NCBI GenBank assembly: GCA_963712245.1 | Contig: CAVQHE010000004.1 | Location: forward strand, 34,602-98,601 | From: an uncultured Actinomycetota bacterium | Lineage (GTDB): Bacteria > Actinomycetota > Actinomycetes > Actinomycetales > Demequinaceae | Reading direction: 5' to 3' | DNA length: 64,000 bases | In this document: piece by piece, positions 10,428 to 20,501 of the stretch | Position numbering within the stretch: the first letter of the stretch is position 1 | Layout: each line of letters opens with the position of its first letter | Notes under the pieces: model-generated | Told to the model about the DNA's origin: nothing | The model's database searches: none | Seen by the model: only the letters and a program-made list of their open reading frames with translations | Translations under genes and position numbers: made by a program

Positions 10428-11956
10428 GCTTCCTCCCGCTCGTCGGTCATCGCCGCGATCACGCGCTCGACCTCGTCGCGCAGGCCCTCGTCCTGGCCCG
10501 GTCCGAGCGCCGCCGCGGTCACCACTGTAGTTCGGCCGCGCGCCTCCGCCACAACCCAGACCCTCCGCTGCGAGGCGAACAACGTCAGCGCGAGCCCCAC
10601 GAGCGCGAGCACCGCCGACGCGAGAAGCCACGGCAGCGTCGGGTCCGCGCGCAGGTCGAAGGCCACGAAGCGGGGCAGCGCGTCCCACGTGACCGTCCCG
10701 AGCCCGTCGGGAAGGTCGACGGACTCGCCCGGCGTGATGGTGAAGGTCGCCGGGGCCCCGTCCGCGTCGCGCACCACGCTGAGGCGCGTCGTATCGAGCA
10801 CGTAGACGTTCTGCGGGATCCCGGTGTCGAGCCCGAGGTCGCCCGTGAACACCTGGAAGACGATCACCGGGTTCAGCGGTTGCGGCGCGAGGGATACCGG
10901 GCTAGCCACACCGGACGACGCGGTGGGCAGGAGCGTCGCGCGGATGCCGATCTGCGGTCCCGTCGTCACGTCCGGCACCTTGAGCACGCCCGTCGACGTG
11001 TACGCCGCGTCCTGCGGAAGGAACGGGACCGGCCCGGACAGCGCCACCTCGCCGGCCGAGTCGCGCACGGTGAGCGACGGCGCGTAGCCGTTGCCCTGCA
11101 GGTAGACGTTCGCCCCGCCGACGCCGAGGGGGTCGTTGACGCGGATCGTCGCGTCGCGCGGGTCGCGGCCCGGCTCGGTGAGCGTCACGTCCGCGCGGTA
11201 GTCGGTCGGCGCACCCGTGGCCGAGAAGTCGGCGTGGAAGGCGCGGAGGGTGAGGGTGAACGGCTCGAGGCTCTCGGGTCGGAATCCGCGGCCGGCCGAG
11301 AATGAGTCGTACGAGACGACGGCGTTGGTGAACGTCCGCCCCTCGACGACGATGGCCTGGCCCCGGTACGTCAGGAACGACCCGAGGGCGACGCACGCGA
11401 GCACGCCGACGAGCGCGATGTGGAACGCGAGGTTCCCCCACTCGCGCAGCGCGCCCGCCTCGGCCGCGAGCGCCGCCTGGCGCCTGCCGCGCACCGTGCG
11501 CTCGTCGACCCGGACGCGATATCCGCCGAGGCGAGCCCGGACGCCCGGCCACCCGGTCGTCGGCCGTAGCGTCGCCGCGGCGCGGGCGATCGCATCCCCG
11601 GCGTCCGCGACGCGGGCGTCCGCCCGGGGCTCGTACCGGGCCAGCGAGCTCGGCGCCGGCGAGGGCGGCCGCCGGATCGCGCGGGCGTACGTGACGGTAC
11701 GCGGGATGATGCACCCGATGAGCGAGGCGAATAGCAGCAGGTAGATGGCCGTGAACCACGCGGAGCCGTACACGTCGAAGAAGCCGAGCCGGTCGAGCCA
11801 CGGACCCGCCGAATGGTCGGCAATGTACGACGCGACGGAGGCGGGGTTGCGGGGTCGCTGCGGGAGGATCGATCCCGGGATGGCGGCAACGCCGAGGAGC
11901 AGGAGCAGGATGAGCGCGACGCGCATCGAGGTGACCTGGCGCCACATCCAGCGCAA
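10409..11956 (-). CDS. resB: Cytochrome c biogenesis protein ResB/Ccs1
   Basis: WRQVTSMRVALILLLLLGVAAIPGSILPQRPRN and FDVYGSAWFTAIYLLLFASLIGC are typical of the ResB N-terminus. The start is uncertain: TTG at 11956 or ATG at 11947. Confidence 0.8.
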   Translation of the reverse strand: MRWMWRQVTSMRVALILLLLLGVAAIPGSILPQRPRNPASVASYIADHSAGPWLDRLGFFDVYGSAWFTAIYLLLFASLIGCIIPRTVTYARAIRRPPSPAPSSLARYEPRADARVADAGDAIARAAATLRPTTGWPGVRARLGGYRVRVDERTVRGRRQAALAAEAGALREWGNLAFHIALVGVLACVALGSFLTYRGQAIVVEGRTFTNAVVSYDSFSAGRGFRPESLEPFTLTLRAFHADFSATGAPTDYRADVTLTEPGRDPRDATIRVNDPLGVGGANVYLQGNGYAPSLTVRDSAGEVALSGPVPFLPQDAAYTSTGVLKVPDVTTGPQIGIRATLLPTASSGVASPVSLAPQPLNPVIVFQVFTGDLGLDTGIPQNVYVLDTTRLSVVRDADGAPATFTITPGESVDLPDGLGTVTWDALPRFVAFDLRADPTLPWLLASAVLALVGLALTLFASQRRVWVVAEARGRTTVVTAAALGPGQDEGLRDEVERVIAAMTDEREEAWTPRT

Positions 11957-12024
11957 CCATCCGCGCCAGCCGAGGCGCGGCGCGTCGGCGACGGCGTAGT
12001 TGTCGAGCCTCGCGCGGCGCGCCA

Positions 12025-12789
12025 CTAGACGCCCACCCAGTACCCGTCGATCCATCCCTGGATCACGGACGTCAGGTGCTGCCACAGGCCCGACACCAGG
12101 AGGAGCCCGAGCACCACGAGAAGTCCTCCCCCGACGCGCATCAACGCGAGGCGGTGGCGCCGGAGCCAGCCGAGCAACCCGCGTGACCTCTCCATGAGCG
12201 CCGCGACCGCGACGAACGGGAGCCCGAGGCCGAGCGAGTACGCGACCGCGAGTATCGCCCCGCGCCCGAGCGTCGCGTCGTCGAGCGCGAGCGCCGTCAC
12301 GGCCCCGAGCGTCGGCCCGATGCACGGCGTCCACCCGAGCCCGAACGCCGCGCCGAGCAGCGGCGCGCCCCAGAGGCCGGCCCGGGGGCTCACGTGGAGG
12401 CGGCGCTCGTCCTGGAGGAACGGAACGGCTCCCACGAACGCGAGCCCGAGGAGGATCACGACGACGCCGAGGACGCGCGTGATCGCGTCCCCGTGATCGG
12501 CGAGCGCCGCGCCGGCGGCGGAGGCGCCCATCAGCAGCACGACGAAGACGACCGTGAAGCCGAGGACGAACAGGAGCGCGCCGAGGATGAGGCGCGGCCG
12601 GGAGCGGGGCCGCGAGGACGCGTCCGCACCCGCCATCCCCGTCACGTACGCGAGGTAGCTCGGCACGAGCGGCACGACGCACGGCGACGCGAACGAGACG
12701 AGCCCCGCGACGAACGCGACGCCGATCGCCGCGACGAGCGACCCCGTCAACGCGGTCGAGGCGAAGGACGCGGGGACCGTGGCGATCAC
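12025..12789 (-). CDS. ccdA: Cytochrome c biogenesis thiol-disulfide transporter CcdA (DsbD family)
   Basis: It has FASPCVVPLVPSYL and the second Cys motif GWTPCIGP, with six predicted TM helices. Confidence 0.85.
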   Translation of the reverse strand: MIATVPASFASTALTGSLVAAIGVAFVAGLVSFASPCVVPLVPSYLAYVTGMAGADASSRPRSRPRLILGALLFVLGFTVVFVVLLMGASAAGAALADHGDAITRVLGVVVILLGLAFVGAVPFLQDERRLHVSPRAGLWGAPLLGAAFGLGWTPCIGPTLGAVTALALDDATLGRGAILAVAYSLGLGLPFVAVAALMERSRGLLGWLRRHRLALMRVGGGLLVVLGLLLVSGLWQHLTSVIQGWIDGYWVGV

Positions 12790-13337
12790 GCGGAGCCCGC
12801 CGCCTCGTCGACGAGGGCCGCGAGGGTGGACGGGTCGACGCGCCCGATGATCCGCGCGGCGACGCGCCCCTCGGGATCGAGGACGAGGGTGGTCGGGACG
12901 GCGTTGAGGGCGACGAGCCCCTGGAGGGCGGCGATCGCGCGCCCGTCCGCGTCGTCGATCGACGGGTAGGAGAGCGCGAAGGTGCGCTCGAACGCGAGCG
13001 CCGTGCCGGCGTCGTCGCGCCCGTTGACGCCCACGACCTGGACGTCAGACCGCGCGTCGAGCGTCGCGAGATCCGGCGCCTCCGCGCGGCACGGCGGGCA
13101 CGCGGCGTACCACGTGTTCACCAGCACGACCTGGCCGCGGTAGTCGGCGACGTCGACGGACGCGCCATCGAACGCCGTGCCCGCGAGCGCGACCGGGGCG
13201 CCGCGCTCGCCGACGTCCCACGTCGTCACCGTGCCGTCGCCCGAGACGTAGCCCGTGTCGACCGTCCCCTTCCCGGCCACGCATCCCCCGAGCGCGAGCG
13301 CGAGCGCGACGATCGCCGCGAGCCGGAGCCGCCTCAT
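12786..13337 (-). CDS. resA: TlpA/ResA-like thioredoxin-fold lipoprotein
   Basis: It has the lipobox LALALGGC and the CxxC site WYAACPPCRAE. There are ATGA/GTGA-type overlaps with both neighbouring genes. Confidence 0.8.
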   Translation of the reverse strand: MRRLRLAAIVALALALGGCVAGKGTVDTGYVSGDGTVTTWDVGERGAPVALAGTAFDGASVDVADYRGQVVLVNTWYAACPPCRAEAPDLATLDARSDVQVVGVNGRDDAGTALAFERTFALSYPSIDDADGRAIAALQGLVALNAVPTTLVLDPEGRVAARIIGRVDPSTLAALVDEAAGSA

Positions 13338-13954
13338 CGCGGCACCTCGACGGCGGCGGCCGGATCCGCGTAGGAGACGCCCGTGATCGTCCCGTCCTCG
13401 ACGGTGAGGCTCGTCACCGACGCGAGCGCGCATTCCCGGCGCGACGGGTGGTGCGCGAGGCGCCTGCCCTCGGCGGCGAGTCGCGTCACCCAGATCGGCA
13501 GCTGGTGACTGACGATCACCGTGTCGCGGACCGGCTCGGCGGCCGCGGCGGCCCGCACCGCCTCGAGGACGCGGTCGCGCTGCTCGGCGTACGGCTCGCC
13601 CCACGAAGGGCGGCACGGGTTGCGGATTCGCCAGAGCAGGCGGGGGTCGAGCAGGAGTCGGGAGATCGGGCGGATCCGCTTGCCCTCCCAGACGTTTCCG
13701 GCCTCGATGACCCTCTCGTCGGTGTCGAATTCGAGGCTCAGGGCGTCGCCGATCACCGCCGCCGTCTGACGCGCGCGCAGGAGGGGCGAGGACACGAGGC
13801 GCCCGAATTCGCGCCCCGTGTCGCGGAGGTACGACGCCGTCGTCCGCGCCATCGACTCCCCGGCCTCGGACAGCCGGAAGTCCGGAAGACGGCCATAGAG
13901 GACGCCATCGGGATTGTGGACGTGGCCGTGGCGAACAAGGTGGACGGTGGGCAT
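13334..13954 (-). CDS. Histidine phosphatase (phosphoglycerate mutase family) protein
   Basis: MPTVHLVRHGHVHNP contains the RHG motif. The gene sits in the usual actinobacterial position upstream of resA. Confidence 0.8.
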   Translation of the reverse strand: MPTVHLVRHGHVHNPDGVLYGRLPDFRLSEAGESMARTTASYLRDTGREFGRLVSSPLLRARQTAAVIGDALSLEFDTDERVIEAGNVWEGKRIRPISRLLLDPRLLWRIRNPCRPSWGEPYAEQRDRVLEAVRAAAAAEPVRDTVIVSHQLPIWVTRLAAEGRRLAHHPSRRECALASVTSLTVEDGTITGVSYADPAAAVEVPR

Positions 13955-13988
13955 GGCTCTAGTCTCTCCCAAACGCGCGGCGCGCCGG

Positions 13989-14225
13989 TCACCCCAACGC
14001 GCGGCGCAGCCGATCCGCGTCGATCTGCCAGAAACCCCGCCGCACGCCGTCGACGAGGACGACGGGGACGAAGTCGCCGTGCTCGGCCCGAAGCGCCGCG
14101 TCCGCGTCGACGTCGACCTCGCGGAACGCGACGCCCGCCTCCGCGCACACGGACGCGACGACGTCCCGGGCCTCGTCGCAGAGGTGACACGCGGCGCGGG
14201 TGAGGAGCAGGACGCTCGGGGGCAT
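13989..14225 (-). CDS. Glutaredoxin-like small protein (DUF836 type)
   Basis: This 78-aa ORF has the CHLC redox motif and a PVVLVDG segment. Confidence 0.7.
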   Translation of the reverse strand: MPPSVLLLTRAACHLCDEARDVVASVCAEAGVAFREVDVDADAALRAEHGDFVPVVLVDGVRRGFWQIDADRLRRALG

Positions 14226-14276
14226 GGGGTGACCCTACGTCACACCCGCCGAAGTCGCGTCTGTAGGGTGGGACCC

Positions 14277-15105
14277 GTGACGTCGACGGACAGCGTGCCG
14301 GCCGAGGACGAGCGACGAACGATCGCCGCGTTCTTCGACGTCGACAACACGATCATCCGCGGCGCGAGCGCGTTTCACATCGCGCGCGGCCTCCGGCGGC
14401 GCGGCTTCTTCTCGCGGCGCGACTTGGTCCGCTTCGCGTGGGAGCAACCCAAGTACCTGACGTTCGGCGAGAGCCCCGGCAGATGACGACGTGCGCGCCG
14501 AGGCGCTGTCGATCATCAAGGGGTGGTCCGTCGCGGAGATGGCCTCGATCGGCGAAGAGGTGTACGACGAGGTCCTCGCGATGCGGATCTTCCCGGGACC
14601 AAGGCGCTCCTCGACGAACACGTCAGCAAGGGCCACGAGGTGTGGCTCGTCACCGCGTCGCCCGTCGAGATCGGGCGAATGATCGCGCGGCGCCTCAGGG
14701 CGACCGGCGCGCTCGGCACGATCGCCGAGCACAAGCGCGGGCACTACACCGGCGCGCTCGTCGGCGACCTCATGCACGGCGAGGCCAAGGCGCGCGCGGT
14801 GCGCACGCTCGCCGAGGAACGCGGGCTCGACCTCACCCACTCGTACGGATACGGGGACTCGCTGAACGACGGCCCCTGCTCGAGGCGGTCGGCAACCCGT
14901 GCGCGATCAATCCCGACATTCGGCTTCGGCGCTACGCGAAGAGGCGCGGGTGGGACCTGCGCGACTTCCGGGGCGCAAGGGCAACGGGAGGCGGAGCATC
15001 GCCGCGCGGACGAGCGCGGGCGCGCTCTGGGCGTTCCTCGCGGTTCTCCGTGGCCTCAAGCGGACGCTCGTCGGAGCGATCCGGGGGCTATTCCGACGCC
15101 GATAG
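14277..15105 (+). pseudogene. HAD-IB family hydrolase (SerB-like), four frame changes
   Basis: FFDVDNTIIRGAS (DxDxT) is in frame 0. GWSVAEMASIGEEVY is in frame 1. HEVWLVTASPVEIG...GYGDSLNDGP is in frame 0. LLEAVGNPCAINPD is in frame 2. The hydrophobic tail ALWAFLAVLRGL is in frame 1 and ends at 15105. Confidence 0.75.
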
Positions 15106-15123
15106 CGTCGGGCGTACGGGTCC

Positions 15124-15222
15124 CTACTTCTTGTTGCGGCGCTGGTGGCGCGTCTTGCGAAGGAGCTTGCGGTGCTTCTTCTTCGACATGCGCTTGCGGC
15201 GCTTCTTGATGACGGAACCCAC
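15124..15222 (-). CDS. 30S ribosomal protein bS22 (32-aa actinobacterial micro-protein)
   Basis: Hand translation gives [37 protein letters not shown]. This is below the 60-aa cut-off of the ORF track. Confidence 0.85.
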   Translation of the reverse strand: [32 protein letters not shown]

Positions 15223-15302
15223 GGAACCTACATTGTTCGATGCTGGACGTCTGGCGGACTCGGCGCGCCCGGCAAGACGGGCCCGCGAGACGGGACCTTA
15301 GC

Positions 15303-15547
15303 CTACAGCGCCCGCGGCGCGCACCGTCGTCCTCGGCCGGGTAGCCGCCCGCGAGGGCGGCGTGCTCCATGAAGACGTCGACGGCCTGCTGGGGCACGCG
15401 GAAGGAGCGGCCGAAGCGCACGGCGGGCAGGTCGCCCGCGTGGACCCAGCGGTACACGGTCATGCGCGACACGCGCAGCATGTCGGCTACCTCCGCGACC
15501 GTGAGGAAGTCTGCGGGGCGCGGCGCCGTCTGCCATGTCTGTTTCAC
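15303..15547 (-). CDS. Excisionase-family helix-turn-helix DNA-binding protein, the conserved neighbour of bS22
   Basis: The HTH is LTVAEVADMLRVSRMTVYRWVHAGDLPAVRFGRSFRV. The GTG at 15547 follows GAAGGGG. The 3' end is uncertain: the listed frame runs on over bS22, while a 1-nt shift stops at 15303. Confidence 0.6.
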
Positions 15548-15710
15548 CCCTTCGATGACGTTCGCCCACGATATCGGCCGAACGTGTTCCCCACTGTAGG
15601 GGCGTTGTGACAGTTGTGAAGAGCAGGAAGGGGGCGGATGGCGCACATCACGGCGGCCACGGAGCGTGGCACAGTAGGACGTGGGCGCGTCGGCGCCGTG
15701 GAGGAGTGGG

Positions 15711-17088
15711 ATGGAGAGACTTCGTCGCGCGCGCGCCGCCGCGAGCGAGCTCTTCGACCGCGTCGCCCTTGCATTCGCCCGCGCGGCTCGCGATCGGCGC
15801 GTTCGGGCTCGTCGTCGCGGCCGTCACCGCGCTTCTCGTGCTCCCGGTGGGCACCGCGTCCGGGGTGCGCGCGCCGTTCGTCGACGCGCTGTTCACGGCC
15901 ACGTCCGCCGTGTGCGTCACGGGGCTCGATCACGGTCGACACCGGCACGTACTGGTCGGTCACCGGACAGGCCATCATCATCGTCGCGATCGCCGTCGGC
16001 GGCCTCGGGATCATGACGCTCGCCTCGGTCCTCGGCCTCGCCGTGTCGCGCCGCCTGGGCCTGACCCAGCGCATCCTCGCGGCGGGCGAGAGCCGCGCCT
16101 CGGGGCTCGGCGAGGTCCGGTCGATGCTCCGCACGATCGTCGTCATCTCCGCGATCGTCGAGGTGGGCATCGCCGGGGTCCTGTTCCCGCGGCTGCTCCA
16201 CCACGGGTTCAGCATGCAAGCACGCGGCGTGGCATTCGATCTTCTACGCCATCTCCTCGTTCAACAACGCGGGCTTCGTTCCGACGGACAGCGGGCTCGC
16301 CCCGTTCGCGAACGACGTGTGGGTGCGCGCGCCGATCGCCCTCGGCGTCTTCATCGGCGCGCTCGGCTTCCCCGTCTACCTCAACCTCGTCCGCCATTGG
16401 CGCCGCCCGCGCGAGTGGTCGCTGCACACCAAGCTGACGCTCCTCATGGTTCTCGTACTCACGGTCATCTCGACGATCGCTGCTCGCGATCTTCGAGTGG
16501 AACAACCCCAAGACGCTCGGCCAGCACAGCTCGCGAACCCGACTCTCCGAGGTCTTCTTCATCGGGATCAACCAGACGATCCGGCGGCTTCGCGGCCGTC
16601 CAGCACTCCGGCATGCACGAGCACACGTGGCTCTCGAGGACGTGCTGATGTTCATCGGCGGCGGCTCGGGAGGCACGGCCGGCGGCATCCGCGTCACGAC
16701 GCTTCGCGGTGCTGGTGCTCGCCATCTGCGCCGAGGCGCGCGGCCGTCGCGACGTCGAGGCGTTCGGCAAGCGCATCGGCACCGAGGTCGTGCGCGTCGC
16801 CGTGTCCGTCACGCTCGTCAGCCTGTTCATCGTCTTCTCGGCACCGGGATCGTCACGGCCCAGACCGGGATGCGCCTCGACCAGGTGCTCTTCGAGGTGG
16901 TCTCCGCGTACGCGACGTGCGGCCTCTCGACCGGCATCACCCCCTATCTGCCCGCGTCCGCGAAGGTCACCATCACTATCCTGATGTTTGTCGGCCGTCT
17001 CGGGAGCGTCACCCTCGTGGCAGCCCTCGCGCTCAACCGACAGCGGCGCGTCATCCGGTACCCGTCAGAAAGGCCGATCATTGGCTAA
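15711..17088 (+). pseudogene. trkH: Trk/Ktr-type potassium uptake membrane subunit TrkH, at least 6 frame changes
   Basis: TrkH-like segments alternate between the three plus frames. They include FVDALFTATSAVCVTGL, GQAIIIVAIAVGGLGIMTLASVLG, FYAISSFNNAGF, LMFIGGGSGGTAGGIRVTT and VVSAYATCGLSTGITP. Confidence 0.8.
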
Positions 17089-17744
17089 CAACGACACCGC
17101 CAACAGCGTCCTCGTCATCGGGCTCGGCCGCTTCGGCTCCGCGCTCGCCGACACGCTTGGACAACCTCGACATCGAGGTGCTCGCCGTCGAGCGCGACCC
17201 CGACCTCGTCGAGCGATGGTCCTCGCGCCTGCCCGTCGTCGAGGCCGACGCGTCCGACCCGCGCGCGCTCGAGCAGATCGGCGCGAAGGACTTCCACTCC
17301 GCCGTCGTCGGCGTCGGCACCTCGCTCGAGGCGTCCGTGCTCATCACGGGCAACCTCGTCGACATCGCCATCCCGGAGATCTGGGCGAAGTCCATCAGCG
17401 CCGAGCACGCCCGCATCCTCACCCGCATCGGTGCGCACCACGTCGTGCTGCCGGAGACGGACTCGGGGCGTCGCGTCGCGCACATCGTCGGCGGCAAGAT
17501 GCTCGACTACATCGAGGTGGAGGACGGCTTCACCATCGTGAAGATGCGCCCCCCGCAGGAGACCCACGACTTCACGCTCGAGCAGCTCGACCTGCCGGAC
17601 AAGTACGGCGTCCAGGTCATCGGCGTGAAGTCGCCCGGCGTCGAGTTCGAGTACGCGACCCCGGAGACGCGCATCCACAAGGACGACCTGCTCGTGGTCG
17701 CCGGCGACAGCGAACTGCTCGACCGCCTCGCCCAGCGTCCCTAG
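17081..17744 (+). CDS. trkA: Trk/Ktr potassium uptake NAD-binding (RCK) subunit, one frame break near 17158
   Basis: The TTG start overlaps the trkH stop. VLVIGLGRFGSAL (Rossmann GxGxxG) is in one frame. The remainder, from DIEVLAVERDP to DDLLVVAGDSELLDRL, is in ORF 16317..17744. Confidence 0.8.
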
Positions 17745-18508
17745 GAGGCCCGGGAGGCGGCCTTGCCGAACCGCGCCGACCACCACCGCGTGGGGACGTA
17801 GCGGGCCATCGTCATCAGCGCCGCCATGGGCCACGGGAAGACGATCGCGAGGCGCCCGCGCTCGATTCCCCGGACGATCGACGCCGCGGCGCGGTCGACG
17901 TCGATCATGAACGGCATCGGGAAATCGTTGACGGCCGTGAGCTCGGTCCGGACGAATCCGGGGGCCACCGTCGTCACGCGGACCCCGCGCGTCCAGAGCG
18001 AGGCCCGGAGGGATTCGAGGAGCGCGATCAGCGCGGCCTTGGTCGAGCCGTAGGCCTCGGCGCCGGGGAAGCCCCGGAAGCCCGCGACCGACGCGACGCC
18101 GACGACGTGCCCGCGGCCGCTCTCGACCATCGCCGGCAGGGTCGCGGCCAGCAGGTTGTTGAGCCCGAGGACGTTCACGTCGTAGTGGCGCGCGAAGGAG
18201 TGCGCGTCCCAGTGGAGGGCGTCGCTCTTCTCCCAATACGCGGCGCACCACACCACGGTGTCGATGCCCCCGAGCTCCTGCTCGACGGTCGTCGCCGCGC
18301 GACGCATCGCCGCGGCGTCGGTCACGTCGACCGGCACGACCGCCATCTGATCGCCCGCGACCTCCTCCAGGAGCTTCGTCCGACGTCCGGTGATCGCGAC
18401 CCGGGCCCCGCGCTCGGCGAGTAGCCGCGCGGTCGCCGCGCCGATGCCGCTCGAGGCGCCGACGAACCAGACCCTCTGCCCCCGGAGGTCGCGCGTCCAG
18501 TGCTTCAC
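17741..18508 (-). CDS. Short-chain dehydrogenase/reductase
   Basis: VGASSGIGAA and YGSTKAA (YxxxK) are present. The GTG at 18508 overlaps the upstream stop (GTGA). Confidence 0.85.
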   Translation of the reverse strand: MKHWTRDLRGQRVWFVGASSGIGAATARLLAERGARVAITGRRTKLLEEVAGDQMAVVPVDVTDAAAMRRAATTVEQELGGIDTVVWCAAYWEKSDALHWDAHSFARHYDVNVLGLNNLLAATLPAMVESGRGHVVGVASVAGFRGFPGAEAYGSTKAALIALLESLRASLWTRGVRVTTVAPGFVRTELTAVNDFPMPFMIDVDRAAASIVRGIERGRLAIVFPWPMAALMTMARYVPTRWWSARFGKAASRAS

Positions 18509-19746
18509 GCCGCCCCCTCGCGCTCGAACCGGAACTGCGCGACGTCGAGGTAATCCGTGGCGAATCCCGCCTCGCTGTAGGAGAGGTAGAACTCCCAGAT
18601 CCGGCGGAACCGCGGCTCGAACCCCAGCGCCTCGACCGCGTCCCAGTGCTGGAGGAAGGTCGAGCGCCAGCGGCGCAGGGTCTCCGCGTAGTGGTGGCCG
18701 AAGTGTTGCCGGTCCGTGATGCGCAGCGACGTCCGGGCCGTGCACTTCTCGATCGCCTTGACCGAGGGGATGATCCCTCCCGGGAAGATGTGCTTCTGGA
18801 TCCAGCTGAGCGACCGGCGCGTCACCCGGTAGCGCGCGTGCGACATGAGGATCGCCTGCACGACGGCGACGCCGCCGGGCGCGAGGAGGCGGTCGATCGC
18901 GTCGAAGTAGGTCTGCCAGTACTCGTCGCCGACGGCCTCGATCATCTCGACGCTGACCACGGCGTCGTACTCGCCGTCGACCTCGCGGTAGTCCTGGATC
19001 CGGATGTCGATGCGGTCCGCGACCCCCGCGGCCTCGGCGCGCTTCGACGCGAGCTCCGCCTGTTCGACGGACAGCGTCACCGTGGTCACGGTCGCGCCGC
19101 GGAGCGCGGCTCGGATCGCGAGCGTTCCCCACCCGGTGCCGATCTCGAGGAGACGGGTTCCCTCCCCGACCTCGGCACGGTCGAGGGCCGCGTCGACCTT
19201 GCGCTCCTGGGCCTCCTGGAGCGTCTGCTCCTCCCACGGCCTCGCGTCGTCGAACAGCGCGGAACTGTAGGTGAGCGACGGGTCGAGGAACTGGGCGAAC
19301 AGGTCGTTGCTGAGGTCGTAGTGCGCCTCGATGTTCTTCTTCGCGCCCGTCAGGGAGTTCCGCATCGATCGCGGCACGCGCCGCTCGGCGAATGCGCTGA
19401 TCCGCTGCACCCACATCGGAACGGCGTGGTCGATGACGCGGGCGAACGGGTACATCGCGACCGACAGGTCGGTGCCCTCCCCGGGCCGCCAATCACCCTC
19501 GATGTACGCGTCGCCGAACCCGATCTTGGGCTCGTGGCCCACGCGCCGGAAGAACGCGTCGGCGTCCACGAGGTCGATACGCGGCGCGTCGGCGCCGCCA
19601 CCTCCCATGACCGTGCCGTCGTCGAGCACGACGCGCGCGTCGACCTTCGGCAGGACGATTCGCGCGACCTTCTTCGCGACGAAACCGTGGAGGCACGGGC
19701 GGCGGGAGTCGCCGCGCATGCAGCGGGGGTGATTGGTGGCGCTCAT
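18505..19746 (-). CDS. Cyclopropane-fatty-acyl-phospholipid synthase family SAM-dependent methyltransferase
   Basis: NIEAHYDLSNDLFAQFLDPSLTYSSALF and the SAM motif LLEIGTGWGTLA are present. The ATG at 19746 overlaps the DUF1365 stop (ATGA). Confidence 0.85.
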   Translation of the reverse strand: MSATNHPRCMRGDSRRPCLHGFVAKKVARIVLPKVDARVVLDDGTVMGGGGADAPRIDLVDADAFFRRVGHEPKIGFGDAYIEGDWRPGEGTDLSVAMYPFARVIDHAVPMWVQRISAFAERRVPRSMRNSLTGAKKNIEAHYDLSNDLFAQFLDPSLTYSSALFDDARPWEEQTLQEAQERKVDAALDRAEVGEGTRLLEIGTGWGTLAIRAALRGATVTTVTLSVEQAELASKRAEAAGVADRIDIRIQDYREVDGEYDAVVSVEMIEAVGDEYWQTYFDAIDRLLAPGGVAVVQAILMSHARYRVTRRSLSWIQKHIFPGGIIPSVKAIEKCTARTSLRITDRQHFGHHYAETLRRWRSTFLQHWDAVEALGFEPRFRRIWEFYLSYSEAGFATDYLDVAQFRFEREGAA

Positions 19747-20501
19747 CGGACGGCCTCCTTCGGGTGCGGGGAGCGAGGGTAGAGGGGAAGACGGCGCGCC
19801 CACAGCACGAGGGCGTGGACGCGGATCAGGAGCGTGGTGAGGTGGGGCATGAATCCGTGAGTCGCGATCACGCCGGCGACGGCGCGGGGCGTGGCGGGGC
19901 GGGCGGCTCCCCCGACGGTCGCGTCGATGATGCGCTGACCGTCGCGCTCGAGCCGGACGCCCACGATGAGGTCGCGGGACGTCACGCGCAGCCGCATCTC
20001 ATAAGTGCCTCGCATGTCGTTGAAAGGCGACACGTAGAAACTCTTCTCCACGCTAGCGCGGGCGGCCTCCTCGGGGGAGAGCAGGTAGGCGTGGCGCTCG
20101 CGGTACGTGTTGTGGACCTCGACGATCGCGGCGCGCAGCGTGCCGTCCGCGCGGACGATCCAGAACGCGGAGAGCGAGTCGAAGGCGTACCCCAGCATGC
20201 GGGCGTGGGCGAGCATCAGCACGCGGTCCGTGTCCTCCATCTCGACGCCGCGGCCCCGGAGGAAGCGTCCGACGTCGCCGCGGATCCCGCCCCCGAGGCG
20301 AGCGCCGTCGAGGTGGTCGCGGGGGTCGAAGCGCGCGATCCATCGGAGGCCCCGCGGCAGCTGGGGCAAGCGGTCGACGTCCACGAGCCAGTGGTAGTGG
20401 CGGTACGAGAACGAGTGGTGCTTCGGGCGATGACGCGTGTGGGCGACGCGCCCCACGATCAACGCGGGGACGGCCGGGGCCTCGAAGGCGACGCCTACCA
20501 T
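19743..20501 (-). CDS. DUF1365 domain protein
   Basis: GRVAHTRHRPKHHSFSYRHYHWLVDVDRLPQL is a typical DUF1365 N-terminus. It overlaps the upstream gene by 7 nt. Confidence 0.85.
   Translation of the reverse strand: MVGVAFEAPAVPALIVGRVAHTRHRPKHHSFSYRHYHWLVDVDRLPQLPRGLRWIARFDPRDHLDGARLGGGIRGDVGRFLRGRGVEMEDTDRVLMLAHARMLGYAFDSLSAFWIVRADGTLRAAIVEVHNTYRERHAYLLSPEEAARASVEKSFYVSPFNDMRGTYEMRLRVTSRDLIVGVRLERDGQRIIDATVGGAARPATPRAVAGVIATHGFMPHLTTLLIRVHALVLWARRLPLYPRSPHPKEAVR

Noticed and set aside
15056-15302. The C-terminal 80 codons of ORF 15056..15646(-), which extend the HTH protein.
   Set aside because: The extension overlaps the well-supported bS22 gene in another frame and is Arg-rich low-complexity sequence. 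Orthologous HTH proteins, as I recall them, end shortly after the HTH. A 1-nt shift gives a stop at 15303.
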